A DNA stretch of 64,000 nucleotides from Neocallimastix sp. 'constans' (lineage: Eukaryota): positions 434,001 to 498,000 of the forward strand of contig JBODTK010000100.1 in assembly GCA_050613775.1 (NCBI GenBank). The letters are read 5' to 3'. How positions within the stretch are numbered: the stretch's first letter is position 1; each line of letters opens with the position of its first letter. This document shows, piece by piece, positions 12,734 to 25,664 of this stretch. The notes beneath the pieces were generated by a model, which made no database searches, was not told the DNA's origin, and saw only the letters and a list, made by a program, of their open reading frames with translations. A program made the translations under genes and the position numbers.

Positions 12734-13330
12734 TGTCAAGGATTTGATACAAATTAATTTATATTCAATACTATAAAAATGATAATTTAATTAAAAATAT
12801 AATTTGTACTCCTTAAATCTTTGTACCGTTCATAACCTAATTAATATTGTATTACATATTAATTAATATTATCCCTTTTATACATTATTGAATCCCAAAT
12901 ATATTAATTGATTAATATTGTATTACATATTAATTAATATTATCCCTTTTTTTATTAATTAATATAGTTGAATATTATTTATAAAAATCTTTTTTATTAA
13001 TTATATTATTTTATATATTTTTATTATCTAATATTGTTTTGTTACTTTATATATTAAAATTATATTTTATATTGTTATCTTTAAATTAGTATTTATTAAA
13101 ATATATTATTAAATATTTTATATTGCTTTTCAAAAATATAAAAGAACGAAAAAATATTCTTTTTTAAATCTTTGTAAGATTATTATTTACAAATAATCTG
13201 ATAACTTTATAATAAAACATATTAAATAAAATATAGTTAATTAAAAGTTTAATAATAAAATAATATTTTTATAATTTGAATAAATAAATTTATAAAATAA
13301 AGTCCGGGTATTAGAAGTCATAACTTAACA
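12734..13330 (+). repeat. 3' LTR, family H (variant U5)
   Basis: PPT GGAAAGAGCGT then TGTCAAGG...CTTAACA; aligns to 55894-56543 except for the last ~50 bp. Confidence 0.88.
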
Positions 13331-14135
13331 TACAACTTAACGACTAATTCATTAAGTTGAGAAAATAGAAAATAAAATAAAATAGATTTTTTACCTATAG
13401 AGTTTATTATAAAATTAATTATAATAATAACACGAAAAGCAAAAGAAGAATTATTTGTATAAATTTGATTTTAAAATATATTTTTTGAATAAAATATTTT
13501 ATTAATTTATTAAAGTTAAAAATATAAAATTGTTACTATTATAACTATGTTTTTATAATAATAACTCTTGATTTCTCAAAGAGAACTCAAGAGCATTATT
13601 TATATTTTTTTATGAAAATAAGGTTAAATAAGAAAGGGTTTTCTAATCTTAACAAATCTCTTATCTAGGAAAAGATTAGATAGAAAAACCTAGATAAGTT
13701 TTCGATCGATATTCTATCCATATCGATCATCGCATTAATTAACTAAAACCGATTACTTCTAAAAGTAATTGGGAAAAATCTTAATTAACCGATTTTTCAA
13801 TCTAATCTAATGATCGAAAATAAAAGAATAAAATAATAAAAGATATTTCGATCATATAATTTATCCTTATATAAAAAATATAAAATTAAATAGTTAATAA
13901 AATACAGAATACATTATAAAATACAGAATACATTAGTTACAGTAGAGAAATTAATATATTGTAAATATATTATTTAAAATTAATTAAATAAATTTTGTTA
14001 AATTAATGAATATTTAAAATTAAATTAAATAAATTTAATGAATAAATATTATATGTAATTAAATAAAGTTATAGTTATAATAACTTAACTAAGAAAATAT
14101 AATTATTTGTTAGCAAATAATTATAGATTCTTACA
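13331..14135 (-). mobile_element. Partial LTR, family A', interrupted by the family H element
   Basis: Matches 6155-6998; ends GATTCTTACA. Confidence 0.85.
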
Positions 14136-14138
14136 TGT

Positions 14139-15094
14139 TGGTAAAAAATGAATTAATAACCTTTATTTTATTATTAATAATTCTTTACTAAATTGTACTT
14201 TCCTATATTCTTGATAACCTAAACCTAATAATAAAATTTAATTTATTTTGATATAAATTAATTTTAACTTGTAAATAATGTTAAATCAATTTTAATTAAT
14301 TACTTTATTGTTATATTATTAAATATATGTATATATTAAAATACAATTGTAAATATTAAAATTATACTTTTAAGGTACTATAAATTATTAAAATTATTAA
14401 TTAAATATTATTATAAAATTTATTATAAATTATTAATATTATAAAATTATTAAAATTATTAAATATTATTATAAAAATTTATTTATTATAACTATTAAAT
14501 ATTATTATAAAATTTATAAAATTATTAATTAAATTTATTATTAAAAATTATTATTAAAAATTATTATTAAAAATTATTAATTATTATAAAAATTTATTAT
14601 TTAAATATTATCAAATTTATTAATTAAATATTATAAAAATTTTTTTTATTTTTGAAAATAATTACAAATATTATTTAAAATAATTAAAGATTATTAAATT
14701 TATTATATTAATCTTTAAAAACAATTTATTTAACTTAAAAATATCAAAGAAAATAGTAAAAACTATTTTCTATATATTTATTTTATAATTATTTTTAATT
14801 AAATTATATTTAAATATTATATTATTATATTTATAAAAATTAAAACAAAAATGAATTATTGATATAAAATTAATTCAATAATTCTATAAAATTATTTAAA
14901 TTATAAACAATTAATTATAGTTAAATTTACAAAAAAATATAAATATTACAACAAATTCTTAAAATAAAAATATGTAATAAAAAAAAATATTTAATATTAA
15001 TAAATAATAAATAATTTTAAAAAAAAATTTTTATTGAAACTATTAAATCAAACCCCCCCTGCCTGATTTAATTAGTCCAACCCCGAGTCTACCA
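14139..15094 (+). mobile_element. Solo LTR, family D
   Basis: TGGTA...TACCA; aligns to 50147-50197 plus 56549-57516. Confidence 0.87.
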
Positions 15095-15097
15095 TTG

Positions 15098-15559
15098 TGA
15101 TACGGTACCACCATAAATAAGGTTAGAAATTATTTGATGAGATCTTATTGGTTAATAAATTAATAATATTATATATAGTTAGTAAATAATAATAGTTTAA
15201 AGAATGGTTCTTTTATTAATATTAATTTAGTTTTATTAATAATAAAACATATAAACATGTTTATTAGTATAGTTTAGTGTAGTTTTATATTTAGTTTACA
15301 TTAATAACATAAGAGATTTTAGTAATTAATTATATTTTAACTAGTTAACAAATATTTATATTGATGATGTATTTTTATTGATGAACGATAATAAATAAAT
15401 AAAATAAATAAACTAAATATTAAAGTGTGAATATTATTATTGTGTGTATTATTCTGTATAATATTAGAATATATTATTTTGTCAATTATTCCCTACTGTT
15501 ATCGTCAAAATAAAATAAAATAAATATTGATATTGATATTTAATAAAAATATCGTATCA
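15098..15559. mobile_element. Solo LTR, family B
   Basis: TGATACG...CGTATCA; copy of 4072-4555. Confidence 0.87.
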
Positions 15560-15561
15560 TT

Positions 15562-16357
15562 TGTAATACAGAATGAACAAATAATACTAATTGTGTTAGA
15601 ATAATATAAATTATTCTAACCTTATAGATTATTCTATTCTATATAATTGGAACTTTCCAATATTCTTAAAATATTACTAAATAGAAATCTTAAGTTAATA
15701 AATCACCAATTAACTTATAATTCCTTTTAAATTATCGATCCGATTCTATTATAATGTATTAAAAAACTTTAGCCAAGAATATTGTCCTTGCCCACTTAAT
15801 ATATTAGTATTATATTTTTTTTGTAATATGTTATATTGAAAATAATCAAATCTATTTAATTAGTTATTTAAATTTTCGTTATCAATTTAAATTTATTTTT
15901 AATTACTAAATTTAACTAATGTATAATCTCTTTATTTTTATTTTATATATATTAATATTAAACTATTATTAAATAATTAATAATTCAATAATATAAAACT
16001 AATATTTATAACAATAATATTATTAACTAAAATAATAATTCAATTTCAATTTAAATGTTTTATTTATTAAAATAATTAGTAATTAGTTTATTAAGAAATA
16101 GTTAGGTTTTACAAATTTTAATTTGATAAAAAAAATATAAATACTTGTAATTTTTAGTGAAATAAAATATAATCAATAACTTACTTTTATTAAATAAATA
16201 ATTATATTATTATTTTTCTTTTATAAATTTAAATAAATAAATATTGATTTTAAATTAAATTATTTTTTTATTGTAATTTTATTATTTGTGTTAATTATTA
16301 TTATATTCCTAAAACTATATGAACCATACCATGAAAAATTGGTGGAGATATTGAGGA
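15562..16357 (+). mobile_element. Degenerate 5' LTR (family J) + tRNA-Ala PBS
   Basis: Starts TGTAATAC; PBS TGGTGGAGATATTGAGGA at 16340-16357 resembles the PBS at 57521. Confidence 0.6.
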
Positions 16358-16360
16358 ATA

Positions 16361-17745
16361 GGGAGAGTTGCATTTCCCCAGATTGCATTTCGCCAAGTGG
16401 CGTATTATTAAAATGTTGCATTTCCTCAAGTTGCATTTCGACAAGAGGCTTATTGATATAAATAAATAAATAAATAAATAAAAATTCAAAATAATTTTTT
16501 TAAACTTGTTTTTATTATATTTTATAATTAATTATAGATATTTTTTAAAACAAAATAATTATTAATAATATTTAATTATAAAAGTAAATTTAATTATAAA
16601 GATATATTTTAATATTTTGTAAAAAAATAATATTATAACAATATTTTAGTTATAAAAATATATTTTTAAAATAATAATATTTTATCATAAAAATATATTT
16701 TAATGTTCTTAAGCTAACCTAATCTAATAAAGATTAAAAATACTTTAATAATATTGTATTTATTCATTTATTCTCTTTTTAAAATATTTTTTACTATTAA
16801 AAAAATTATTATTATATATTTTAATATTTCGTAAAATAGTAATATAATAATAATTAATAATATTTAATTATAAAGATATATTTAATTATAAAGATATATT
16901 TTAATATTTTGTAAAATAGTAATAAAATAATTATTTAAAATATTTAATTATAAAAATATATTTAATTATAAAGATATATTTTAATATTTTGAAAATAATA
17001 TTATAACAATATTTTAATTATAAAAAAAATATATTTTAATGTTCTTAAGCTAACCTAATCTAATAAAGATTAAAAATACTTTAATAATTATTGTATTTAT
17101 TCATTTATTTTCTTTTTAAAATAATTTTTACTATTAAAAAATTATTATTATATATGACAGAATTCATTTGGTCAATTTTCTGTCATTTCTTAATAATTTA
17201 TTATTTAATCAATAATTTTTATATTTAAATCATTTAAGCATTTCAACCATAATTTAATGAAATCATTTCTAACACTTTCCTTTTTTTTTAATAGAATTTC
17301 CATATTTTTGTAATATTTAACCAAAGCTTTAATTTCCTCAGTTCTTATTAATTTTTTTTGTTTTTTATTTCTTAAAATTTCAGCAGTTCTCCTTTCGTAA
17401 TCAATGTAATATTTTGATTCTTCTTTTTGCAATTCTGATAGTAATTGAAAAAAGTTGGTTTTTTTGCAAATAATTTTTTTAAGTATTTATTAAAAGTTTC
17501 TGAAACATTATTTGTAATATGCTCAATATTATCATAATAGTTCCAATTTTCGGTTTCAAAGTTAATTAAATAGTTTTTTTAAAATATTCTAAAAATTCTA
17601 AAAATTGAACATAATTACGTTCTTGGCACTCACTTTTTATTTTACTATATATATCATATATATATTCAGGATTAATGAAAGGAAAGTTCGAAATATTATT
17701 ATAATAAATATATAAATCTTTTATTTTTTCCACTTTATTACCACA
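16361..17745 (-). mobile_element. Mutator-like (MULE) DNA transposon remnant: terminus + C-terminal transposase fragment
   Basis: Minus-strand translation of 17205-17745 gives FLEYFKKT / WNYYDNIEHITNNVSETFNKYLKKLF..KPTF..LLSELQKEE, resembling the MULE TNNxxE catalytic-Glu region. GC-rich end GGGAGAGTTGCATTTC with four TTGCATTTC repeats at 16361-16440. Confidence 0.65.
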
Positions 17746-19129
17746 TGTAAAGATGTGATTATCCCAATCACATTTTAAATTAAAAATTTTTCTTGTGTAA
17801 TTCAAAAATGTAAATTATTCTTTGATTTATAAAATAATAAACAAAGTAAATAAATCATATGAACTAAATTTTTGAATTATATTCTTTAAGCTACAAGACA
17901 AATTTTTAATGTAATAATTTTTATAAAATTTAATTCTGAGAAAATTATTGTTTTAAAATAATTTAAATTAATTAAAGTTTAAAACAAAAATAAATTAATA
18001 ATTTATTTTGTGAAAATTAAGTTTCAAAATTTAATCATGACTCTTTTAACATTGTTTTTAAATCGAAAATAAATAAAGACTTTACTTATAATATTAAAAT
18101 AATAAATAGATAATAAATATACTTAATTTTAATTATTTAGTATTTAGTTTAATTAATAATTATAATTTTCTAAATTTAGTTATAGTTTATAAATTTATTG
18201 TTTAATAAAATTCATTAGGATAGTTTTATATTAAAATATATGTAATTTATATAAAATAATATATTATCAATGTATTTAGGAAAAGTATAAATAGAAGATA
18301 CTTTTCACATTTTTTTCTCGATGTAATTGTTATTGAACAAATAACTATTAATAAATATTACATATTAATAAATTATATTTTTAATAAAAAATTTTTTTAA
18401 TAAAATAAAATTTATTGTGACTTTGTGTAAAGATGTGATTATCCTAATCACATTTTAAATTAAAAATTTTTCTTGTGTAATTCAAAAATGTAAATTATTC
18501 TTTGATTTTTAAAATAATAAGCAAAGTAAATAAATCATATGAACTAAATTTTTGAGTTATATTCTTTAAGCCACAAGATAAATTTTTAATGTAATAATTT
18601 TTATAAAATTTAATTCTGAGAAAATTATTGTTTTAAAATAATTTAAATGAATTAATTAAAGTTTAAAACAAAATAAATTAATAATTTATTTTGTGAAAAT
18701 TAAGTTTCAAAATTTAATCATGACTCTTTTAACATTGTTTTTAAATCGAAAATAAATAAAGACTTTACTTATAATATTAAAATAATAAATAGATAATAAA
18801 TATACTTAATTTAAATTATTTAGTATTTAGTTTAATTAATAATTATATTTTTCTAAATTTAGCTATGGTTTATAAATTTATTATTTAATAAAATTCATTA
18901 GGATAGTTTTATATTAAAATATATGTATTTTAAATAAAATAATATATTATCAATGTATTTAGGAAAAGTATAAATAGAAGATACTTTTCACATTTTTTTT
19001 CGATGTAATTGTTATTTTTAACAAATAACTATTAAATATTAATAAAATATATTTTAATAAAAAATTTTTTTATAAAATAAAATTTATTGTATTTTGTTAT
19101 TGTAATCTATTTTAGTGTCTTTTTTTACA
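17746..19129 (+). mobile_element. Two tandem LTRs, family L (17746-~18425 truncated; 18426-19129 complete)
   Basis: Both start TGTAAAGATGTGATTATCC(C/T)AATCACAT; the second ends TTTTACA; copies at 20882 and 30401. Confidence 0.85.
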
Positions 19130-19131
19130 AA

Positions 19132-20865
19132 ATGGGGCACAGATTTTTACAACAATGGGTCTTTACTCTGGTTATCATCAAATTTTGATGGATGAGGAAA
19201 GTGTAGAAATTACTACTTTCACCACAAAATTTGGTAACTATCATTTCAAGGTTATGCCTTTTGGTTTAATCGGAGCCCCAGCTACATTTCAAAGGGAAAT
19301 GAATAGGATTCTTTTTCCATTTATAGGAAAGTTTGTTTTTAACTTTATAGATGATATTTTAATATACTCTAAGAGTATAGAAGAACATATAAGCCACATT
19401 AGACAAATGTTGGAAGTATTTCGCCAACACAAATTGAAAATTAACATTGAAAAATGTGCCTTTATGCAGACTGAAGTAGAAGTCTTAGGTCATAAGGTAT
19501 CAGTGAAAGGTTTAAGTCCCCAGGATAGCAAAATTAAGGCTATCAAGGAGTGGGTAGCACCTGTTGATGTTCATGAATTACGATCTTTTCTTGGAGCAGT
19601 AGGATATTATAGAAACTTTATTGATAAATATGCTCAAATCTCTGCTCCTTTATGTAAATTATTAAGAAAGAATGTTAATTATAAATGGAATAATGAACAT
19701 CAACAAAGTTTTGATCTGTTAAAAGAAAAATTAATAAATGCTCCAATTTTAAAATATCCAAGTTTTAATCAAAGGTTTATAATTAGAACGGATGCTTCCT
19801 ATGAAGGTATTGGAGGAGTATTACTCAAGAAGATTCAGAAACCAAAAAGGAACATCCAGTTCATTATATAAGTAGAAGTTTAAGCAAAGCTAAGAAAAAT
19901 TATGGCATTACTGACTTGGAAGGAGCTACATTAATTTATTGTATTACTAAGTTGAAATCTTATATATATTAGGTAATCCTAATAAAACAATAGTAATAAC
20001 AGATCATAAACCTTTAATTAGTTTCTTTAAAAATAAGGAACCTAATAATGCTAGGCAAGCAAGGTGGTGCTTAACTATTAGTACCATTGGTGTTGAAATT
20101 CAATATCAAATGGGTAAGAAATATGTGTTAGCCGATGCATTATCTAGGATGAAGAAAAGAGATGATTCCGTGGTATTAACAACTAAGTTAACTTCAGAGG
20201 AAGAAAAAGAGTTGCTTTCTAAAACTATTAAAGACTTTATAAATGAAAAATTTATTACGATAGATGGTGAAGATTACTTTGTTGATGGTAATGACTATCG
20301 TAAATTAATTACTGATCAAACGGAAAGAGTAAAACTTATTTTAGAAGCCCATAAGATAGGTCATGAGGGATATTATAAGACTTATCAAAGGCTTCGTAAA
20401 AGTTTTTATTGGAATAATATGGTGATGGATATTAAAAGAGTGGTGCAAAGTTGTGACAAGTGTCAGTTGAATAGGTCACAACCATATCCAGAACCTACAG
20501 AAAATATTCCAACTAAATTATTAAAATTATTAATTAATTATTATTATAAAATTTATTATAAACTATTAATATTATAAAATTAAAATTATTAAATATTATT
20601 ATAAAAATTTATTTATTATTTAAAAAAATATTATTAAAAAAAATAAAAAAAAAAAATAAAAAAATATTATTAAAAAAAAATATTATTAAAAAAAAATATT
20701 AATTAAAAAAAAAAAATATTAAAAAAAAAAAAAAAAAAAATATTATATAATAAATAAATTTTATTATTAAAAATAAATTTTTATTGTATTTTTAAATCAA
20801 AGCAGGGTAATTGTCATCCCCCCTACTTGATTTTTAAATAATTGAGTCTCACCCTGAATCTACTA
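19132..20865 (+). pseudogene. pol: Family D pol fragment (RT C-term, RNase H, integrase zinc finger) joined by deletion to the 3' part of a family D LTR
   Basis: Near-identical to 61959-63340; FIDD and RTDASYEGIG motifs; from ~20515 matches LTR D, ending GAATCTACTA. Confidence 0.88.
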
Positions 20866-20868
20866 TTT

Positions 20869-23800
20869 TGTAAAAAGTAAATGTAAAAAAAACACTAAAA
20901 TAGATTACAATAACAAAATACAATAAATTTTATTTTATAAAAAAATTTTTTATTAAAATATATTTTATTAATATTTAATAGTTATTTGTTAAAAATAACA
21001 ATTACATCAAGAAAAAATGTGAAAAGTATCTTCTATTTATACTTTTCCTAAATACATTGATAATATATTATTTTATTTAAAATACATATATTTTAATATA
21101 AAACTATCCTAATGAATTTTATTAAATAATAAATTTATAAACCATAGCTAAATTTAGAAAAATATAATTATTAATTAAACTAAATACTAAATAATTAAAA
21201 TTAAGTATATTTATTATCTATTTATTATTTTAATATTATAAGTAAAGTCTTTATTTATTTTCGATTTAAAAACAATGTTAAAAGAGTCATGATTAAATTT
21301 TGAAACTTAATTTTCACAAAATAAATTATTAATTTATTTTTGTTTTAAACTTTAATTAATTTAAATTATTTTAAAACAATAATTTTCTCAGAATTAAATT
21401 TTATAAAAATTATTACATTAAAAATTTGTCTTGTAGCTTAAAGAATATAATTCAAAAATTTAGTTCATATGATTTATTTACTTTATTTATTATTTTATAA
21501 ATCAAAGAATAATTTACATTTTTGAATTACACAAGAAAAATTTTTAATTTAAAATGTGATTGGGATAATCACATCTTTACAGTAAGTTTATTATTAACTA
21601 AAATAACGAATAATAACTAATTTTAAAGGCAAAGATAATTTAACACCTCTCTATTAGAGTTGTTAATAATAAACACTAAATTAATTATAATAATTATTAT
21701 TTATCTTAAATATTCTAGAATATAGCGCAGCACTTTATAACTCTATTTGTTATTAGTTACTGGGTTTACACAGGGTAAGTTTATTTATTTAATAATTATA
21801 TTTTTATTTTAATATTAATATTTATTTTAACAATTTAAGTTAATAGTAACGCTAGTGCGTTACAGTTACAAGTTCAGTTATTATTTATACATGTTAATAA
21901 TTTTATGATTGGTAAATAATTTAATTTAACTTAGTTTACTAATCACTAAATAAAAATATATATTTAACTAAATATTTAACTATATAATTAACTATAAAAT
22001 AATAAAATTTAATGTACGAAATTTAAGAAAAGATTTTATTCGATTAGCCGAAATTGCTAACTGTCTAAAGATACGTTATGTAACCAAAGAATTATCATTG
22101 GATAGGCTTGAAGTTACCATGTATCAATTACAAGGCCTCTCCCAAGGAGCAAGCTAATAATGGTTGACGACGTTAGCAATGAATTGGCTATAATTAAAAT
22201 CTTGGTAATCCTCCTGCAATTCTGCATAGTGAGGATTGTCGTCGATCACGACGGCGTTTACCCACTCTTGTTTGTCGTTCTGGTACGCAACCAGATATTG
22301 GTACTGTCCTTGGTGTTTCCTAGCTATATCATAATCCCTGTTTGGAGGTAACTTATCAGCTTCGTTCTTTTCGAAGACAATCTTGAGATCTGAGTAATAT
22401 TTCTCAATGATTTCTTCGTTATTTCTTTCCTGTTTGGCTTCTTCAGGATTGTCCAACATAGCTAAACAGATATCCTCAATAAGTTCGTCTTCAGGAATAC
22501 GTTCATGAGGTGCTATTGTGTCAGTAAACTTATCAGTAGTATTAGGAGCATCATCGATAGTAGTGGATTCCTTTTCAACCATTGGAGCTATGATCTCAGA
22601 GTTTTTTGTAAATATCTTATTTTTCTTGCAGAAGAGCAATGAGACCCTCAATGTCTACCTAGGAAGTAGATATGATTATTACCATAATCAATGTATAGTT
22701 TATGTTTTCTTAACCAATCTCTTCCTAAAATACCATTTATTCCTTGAAGAGAGAGGTTTCCAGTACAGAATTCAAAGTTTTCAGTATGATCCACAAACCT
22801 CAACCTGAGTGGCTTGGTTGCTTGTTTAATAGTCATACTTTTACTGTTTGGAAATTGGATATTGATAGAAGAAGAAAGTCCAGAAGAAGGAATTTTGTTA
22901 TCAGTAGTAAAGTATTTACAGAGGAAACTTCTTCCAGAACCAGAATCAATTAAAATATTGGCCTTAATGTTTTTGTTATTGATTTGAATGTAGAAGGTAG
23001 TAGTCATGAAAGTTTCAGCAGAAGGAGTATAGTTAGCTGATAAGAGCTCCTTTTTAAACTTATTTTTCTTGAACTTGTTCATTTAAAAGTGATTCTTGGT
23101 TTTGTTGAGCTCTTATCTTATTAAATGACTTCTGGTTATTGTTGTGATTTCCAGACTTATGTCATATGCGACTCAAAAGATAGCATTTCTTATCAATTCC
23201 GATAATAACATTAGTGGCTTCAAACAAAGTATCAGTTTTATCAAGCTTATCAAAATCTTTCATGAACCCGATCAATTAAACCTTTCCCAATAATATAAAT
23301 GAGAACTTTATCAGGCCATCCTAGACGTCCAGCCGATCTTCCGAACTCTAGTGTACTCAGTAGCGTTTCGCAAGTGTTGTTGTTTTAACTTCCAAATCTT
23401 GTCCATGACATATTTCTGTTTCTTCTCGCTTCCTGCATCAAAGTTGTCTAAAGGAGTTTCTTGAAACCTTCGAATATGAGGGTTTTCAAAGTTATATCGC
23501 CAAGAAAAGAAAAACCCCAATTTCTAGTTATACCAGAGAGCCTATTAATTACAAACGAATTTTTGGATTTATCGTTTCTGAAAGAATCTGGGTGTTCATT
23601 GAAAAAGTTTTCACATTAAATTACAGTTTCTAGAACACCTTGCTTATTTTTTTCTTCATTCTCTTTTACCAAAACACCACCTGGAGAAAAGAGAGCAAGA
23701 AGGAAATCAGTAAAAGCAGTCATCAGTTTCGAAGAGGTATTGAAATGGTTAACACTATTGGGGTTTTGCTTGAAGAGCTTAGATTTTCATTGTTGAGAAG

Positions 23801-24000
23801 CGTTTAGAAATATCGGTGTTTACCATTTATCATTTATTCTCAATGGTAAAAGTCAAATCACAGACATCCCCCCTATCCCAATGCAAGAGATGTGAGGGAA
23901 CATTCACTAAGACGAGTGATTCCCTCATCATCTACATTCATAAGAAGCACAACTGTCAAAACAGTTATACCTTTAGTGTCCTTAAGGCGTATTTCATTGA
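20869..24000 (-). mobile_element. Internally deleted, degenerate chromovirus-like gypsy element (family M); 3' LTR 20869-22132
   Basis: Minus-strand PPT GGGAGAGGCCT next to TGTAATTG (22132); protease LIDSGS (22648-23082); EADKLPP pre-RT motif joined to chromodomain-like RKHQGQYQYLVAY..QEWV; gag remnants 23100-23750. 5' boundary approximate. Confidence 0.78.
20882..21581 (-). mobile_element. Solo LTR, family L, nested in the family M LTR
   Basis: Reverse complement of 18426-19129; flanks GTAAA/GTAAG. Confidence 0.85.
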
Positions 24001-24059
24001 TTTTTTAATCATGATATCGCCTTTCTCAGTAAAGGGATGACAATGAACCCTTTATATTG

Positions 24060-24192
24060 TTTAGGGTTAGGTATGATTCTTTTCTAATATTTAATATTAG
24101 CAGGGTTAGTGTTAGTGTTGGGTTAGGAGTTAGAGCTAATATTAATGATTAATAATTTTATTATGATTAACTTTTATAATTAAATTATTACA
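24060..24192 (+). mobile_element. 3' end fragment of a family A LTR
   Basis: Similar to 3970-4068, ends TAAATTATTACA. Confidence 0.65.
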
Positions 24193-24195
24193 TTA

Positions 24196-24694
24196 TGATA
24201 CTGTACCACCATAAATACTACAATTTAGTGAAAGTTATGTTAGAAATTATTGATTAATAATAATTTAGTAATAATATACATAGTTAGTAAGTAATAATAG
24301 TTTAAAAAACTGTTCTATTATTAATATTAAATTAGGTTTATTAATAACTTAACCAATAAGCTTATTAGTATAATTTAGTGTAGTTTTATATTTAGTTTAC
24401 TTTAATAATATGAAAAATTTTAGTGATTAATTACATTTTATTAAATGATTTTATTATATTTTAATTAGTTAATAAATATTTTATATTGATGAATAATAAA
24501 CAATGTGTTTTATTGATTAATGATAATAAATAAATAAAATAAATAAACTAAATATTAAAGTGTAAATATTATTATTGTGTATAATATTCTATATAATATT
24601 AGAATATATTATTTTGTCATTTATTCTCTACTATTCTAGTTCATATAAAATAAAATAAATATTGATATTTATGTTTTATAAATATCACATATCA
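24196..24694. mobile_element. Solo LTR, family B (diverged)
   Basis: TGATAC...ATATCA; aligns to 4072-4555 with more substitutions. Confidence 0.83.
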
Positions 24695-24698
24695 GTTG

Positions 24699-25059
24699 TG
24701 GTACGTTACCTTCAGGAAAATATAAAATTTAATAATTTCGGATTTAAATTAATTAATAGTTTAAAATAAAAATAATTAAATTATAATAGTTTAAATAAAT
24801 AAATAATCAAAATTATCAAGTATATAATTAATTATATTAAAGATAAAAACAAAAAGTTATTAAGTTAATTTATATTTTTAATTGAAATAATTATTTATAG
24901 TGAAATAATTATAAAATCAACATGTTTATTAAATTATATAGAAAATTTAAATTTATGAAAAAGTATATAAATAGCGAATTCTCCCTAAATAAAAAAGGAG
25001 TGACAAAAATAAATAAAAGTAATATAAAATTTTATATCTTATTAGAGCATTGGGTCCCA
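24699..25059. mobile_element. Solo LTR, family K, 4-bp TSD GTTG
   Basis: TGGTAC...GTCCCA; GTTG at 24695-24698 and 25060-25063; GTATAAATA inside. Confidence 0.72.
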
Positions 25060-25063
25060 GTTG

Positions 25064-25222
25064 TGGTAAAGAATGAATTAATAACAATAACCATTATTTT
25101 GTTATAAATTTTATTAATAATTCTTTACTTTATAGTTCTTTCCTATATTCTTAATAACCTAAACCTCATTATGAAAATAATTTATTTTGGTATAAATTAA
25201 ACTTTATAAATAATTTCAAAAT
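25064..25222 (+). mobile_element. 5' fragment of a family D-like LTR
   Basis: TGGTAAAGAATGAATTAATAAC...TTTCCTATATTCTTAATAACCTAAAC as in 14139 and 50147. Confidence 0.75.
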
Positions 25223-25664
25223 TGTAATGTATGTCTCAAAATCAAAAATCTTTTTCTTTAACCATGCGCCACACATTATAATTAAATAATAAATTTAATA
25301 TTTAATGTTTTAAAATTATTTTCACAATAATATTAAATAATAAATAAATTAAATAATAAATTTCTTTGAAATATAATTCGTTCTCATATCATTACAATTA
25401 AGAAAATCTTCAGGTTTTTCTGCTAGTCTTTTCCTGAAGATACAACAGCTGACTAGCAAGCAGTAGCTTAATCAAGAAATAATTAATATATTATATTATA
25501 TAATTATTAATTAAGTAAACACATGATAAAAAATAAATAAATATTATAAAATAAGATTAATTAATAAACAAAAAAGTATAAAATAACTCTTGATTTCTGT
25601 TTTTTTCAGAAATCAAGAGTTATTATTAAAAAATATTAATATAGATAAATATTAAAATAATAAT

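Larger units (their letters stand above)
8470..13330 (+). mobile_element. Chimeric gypsy element: family G 5' LTR/PBS/gag fused to family H RNaseH-integrase/3' LTR
   Basis: 5' LTR 8470-9232 (TGTTAC...GCAACA), PBS at 9235, gag 9374-10225. From ~10640 the sequence is nearly identical to 53786-56470. The 3' LTR 12734-13330 is unrelated to the 5' LTR. Confidence 0.88.

Noticed and set aside
13281..13330. ATTAGAAGTC resembling the tRNA-Arg half-molecule PBS of Tca elements
   Set aside because: Lies inside the U5 of a 3' LTR, not after an LTR end; probably chance.
19130..19150. TGGGGCAC after the LTR L end, looking like a PBS
   Set aside because: It is RT coding sequence (GATGGGGCACAGATT, same as 61958-61972) into which the LTR is inserted.
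25223..25396. TGTAATG...CATTACA 174-bp segment as a mini solo LTR
   Set aside because: No TSD and no second copy in the window; cannot be supported.
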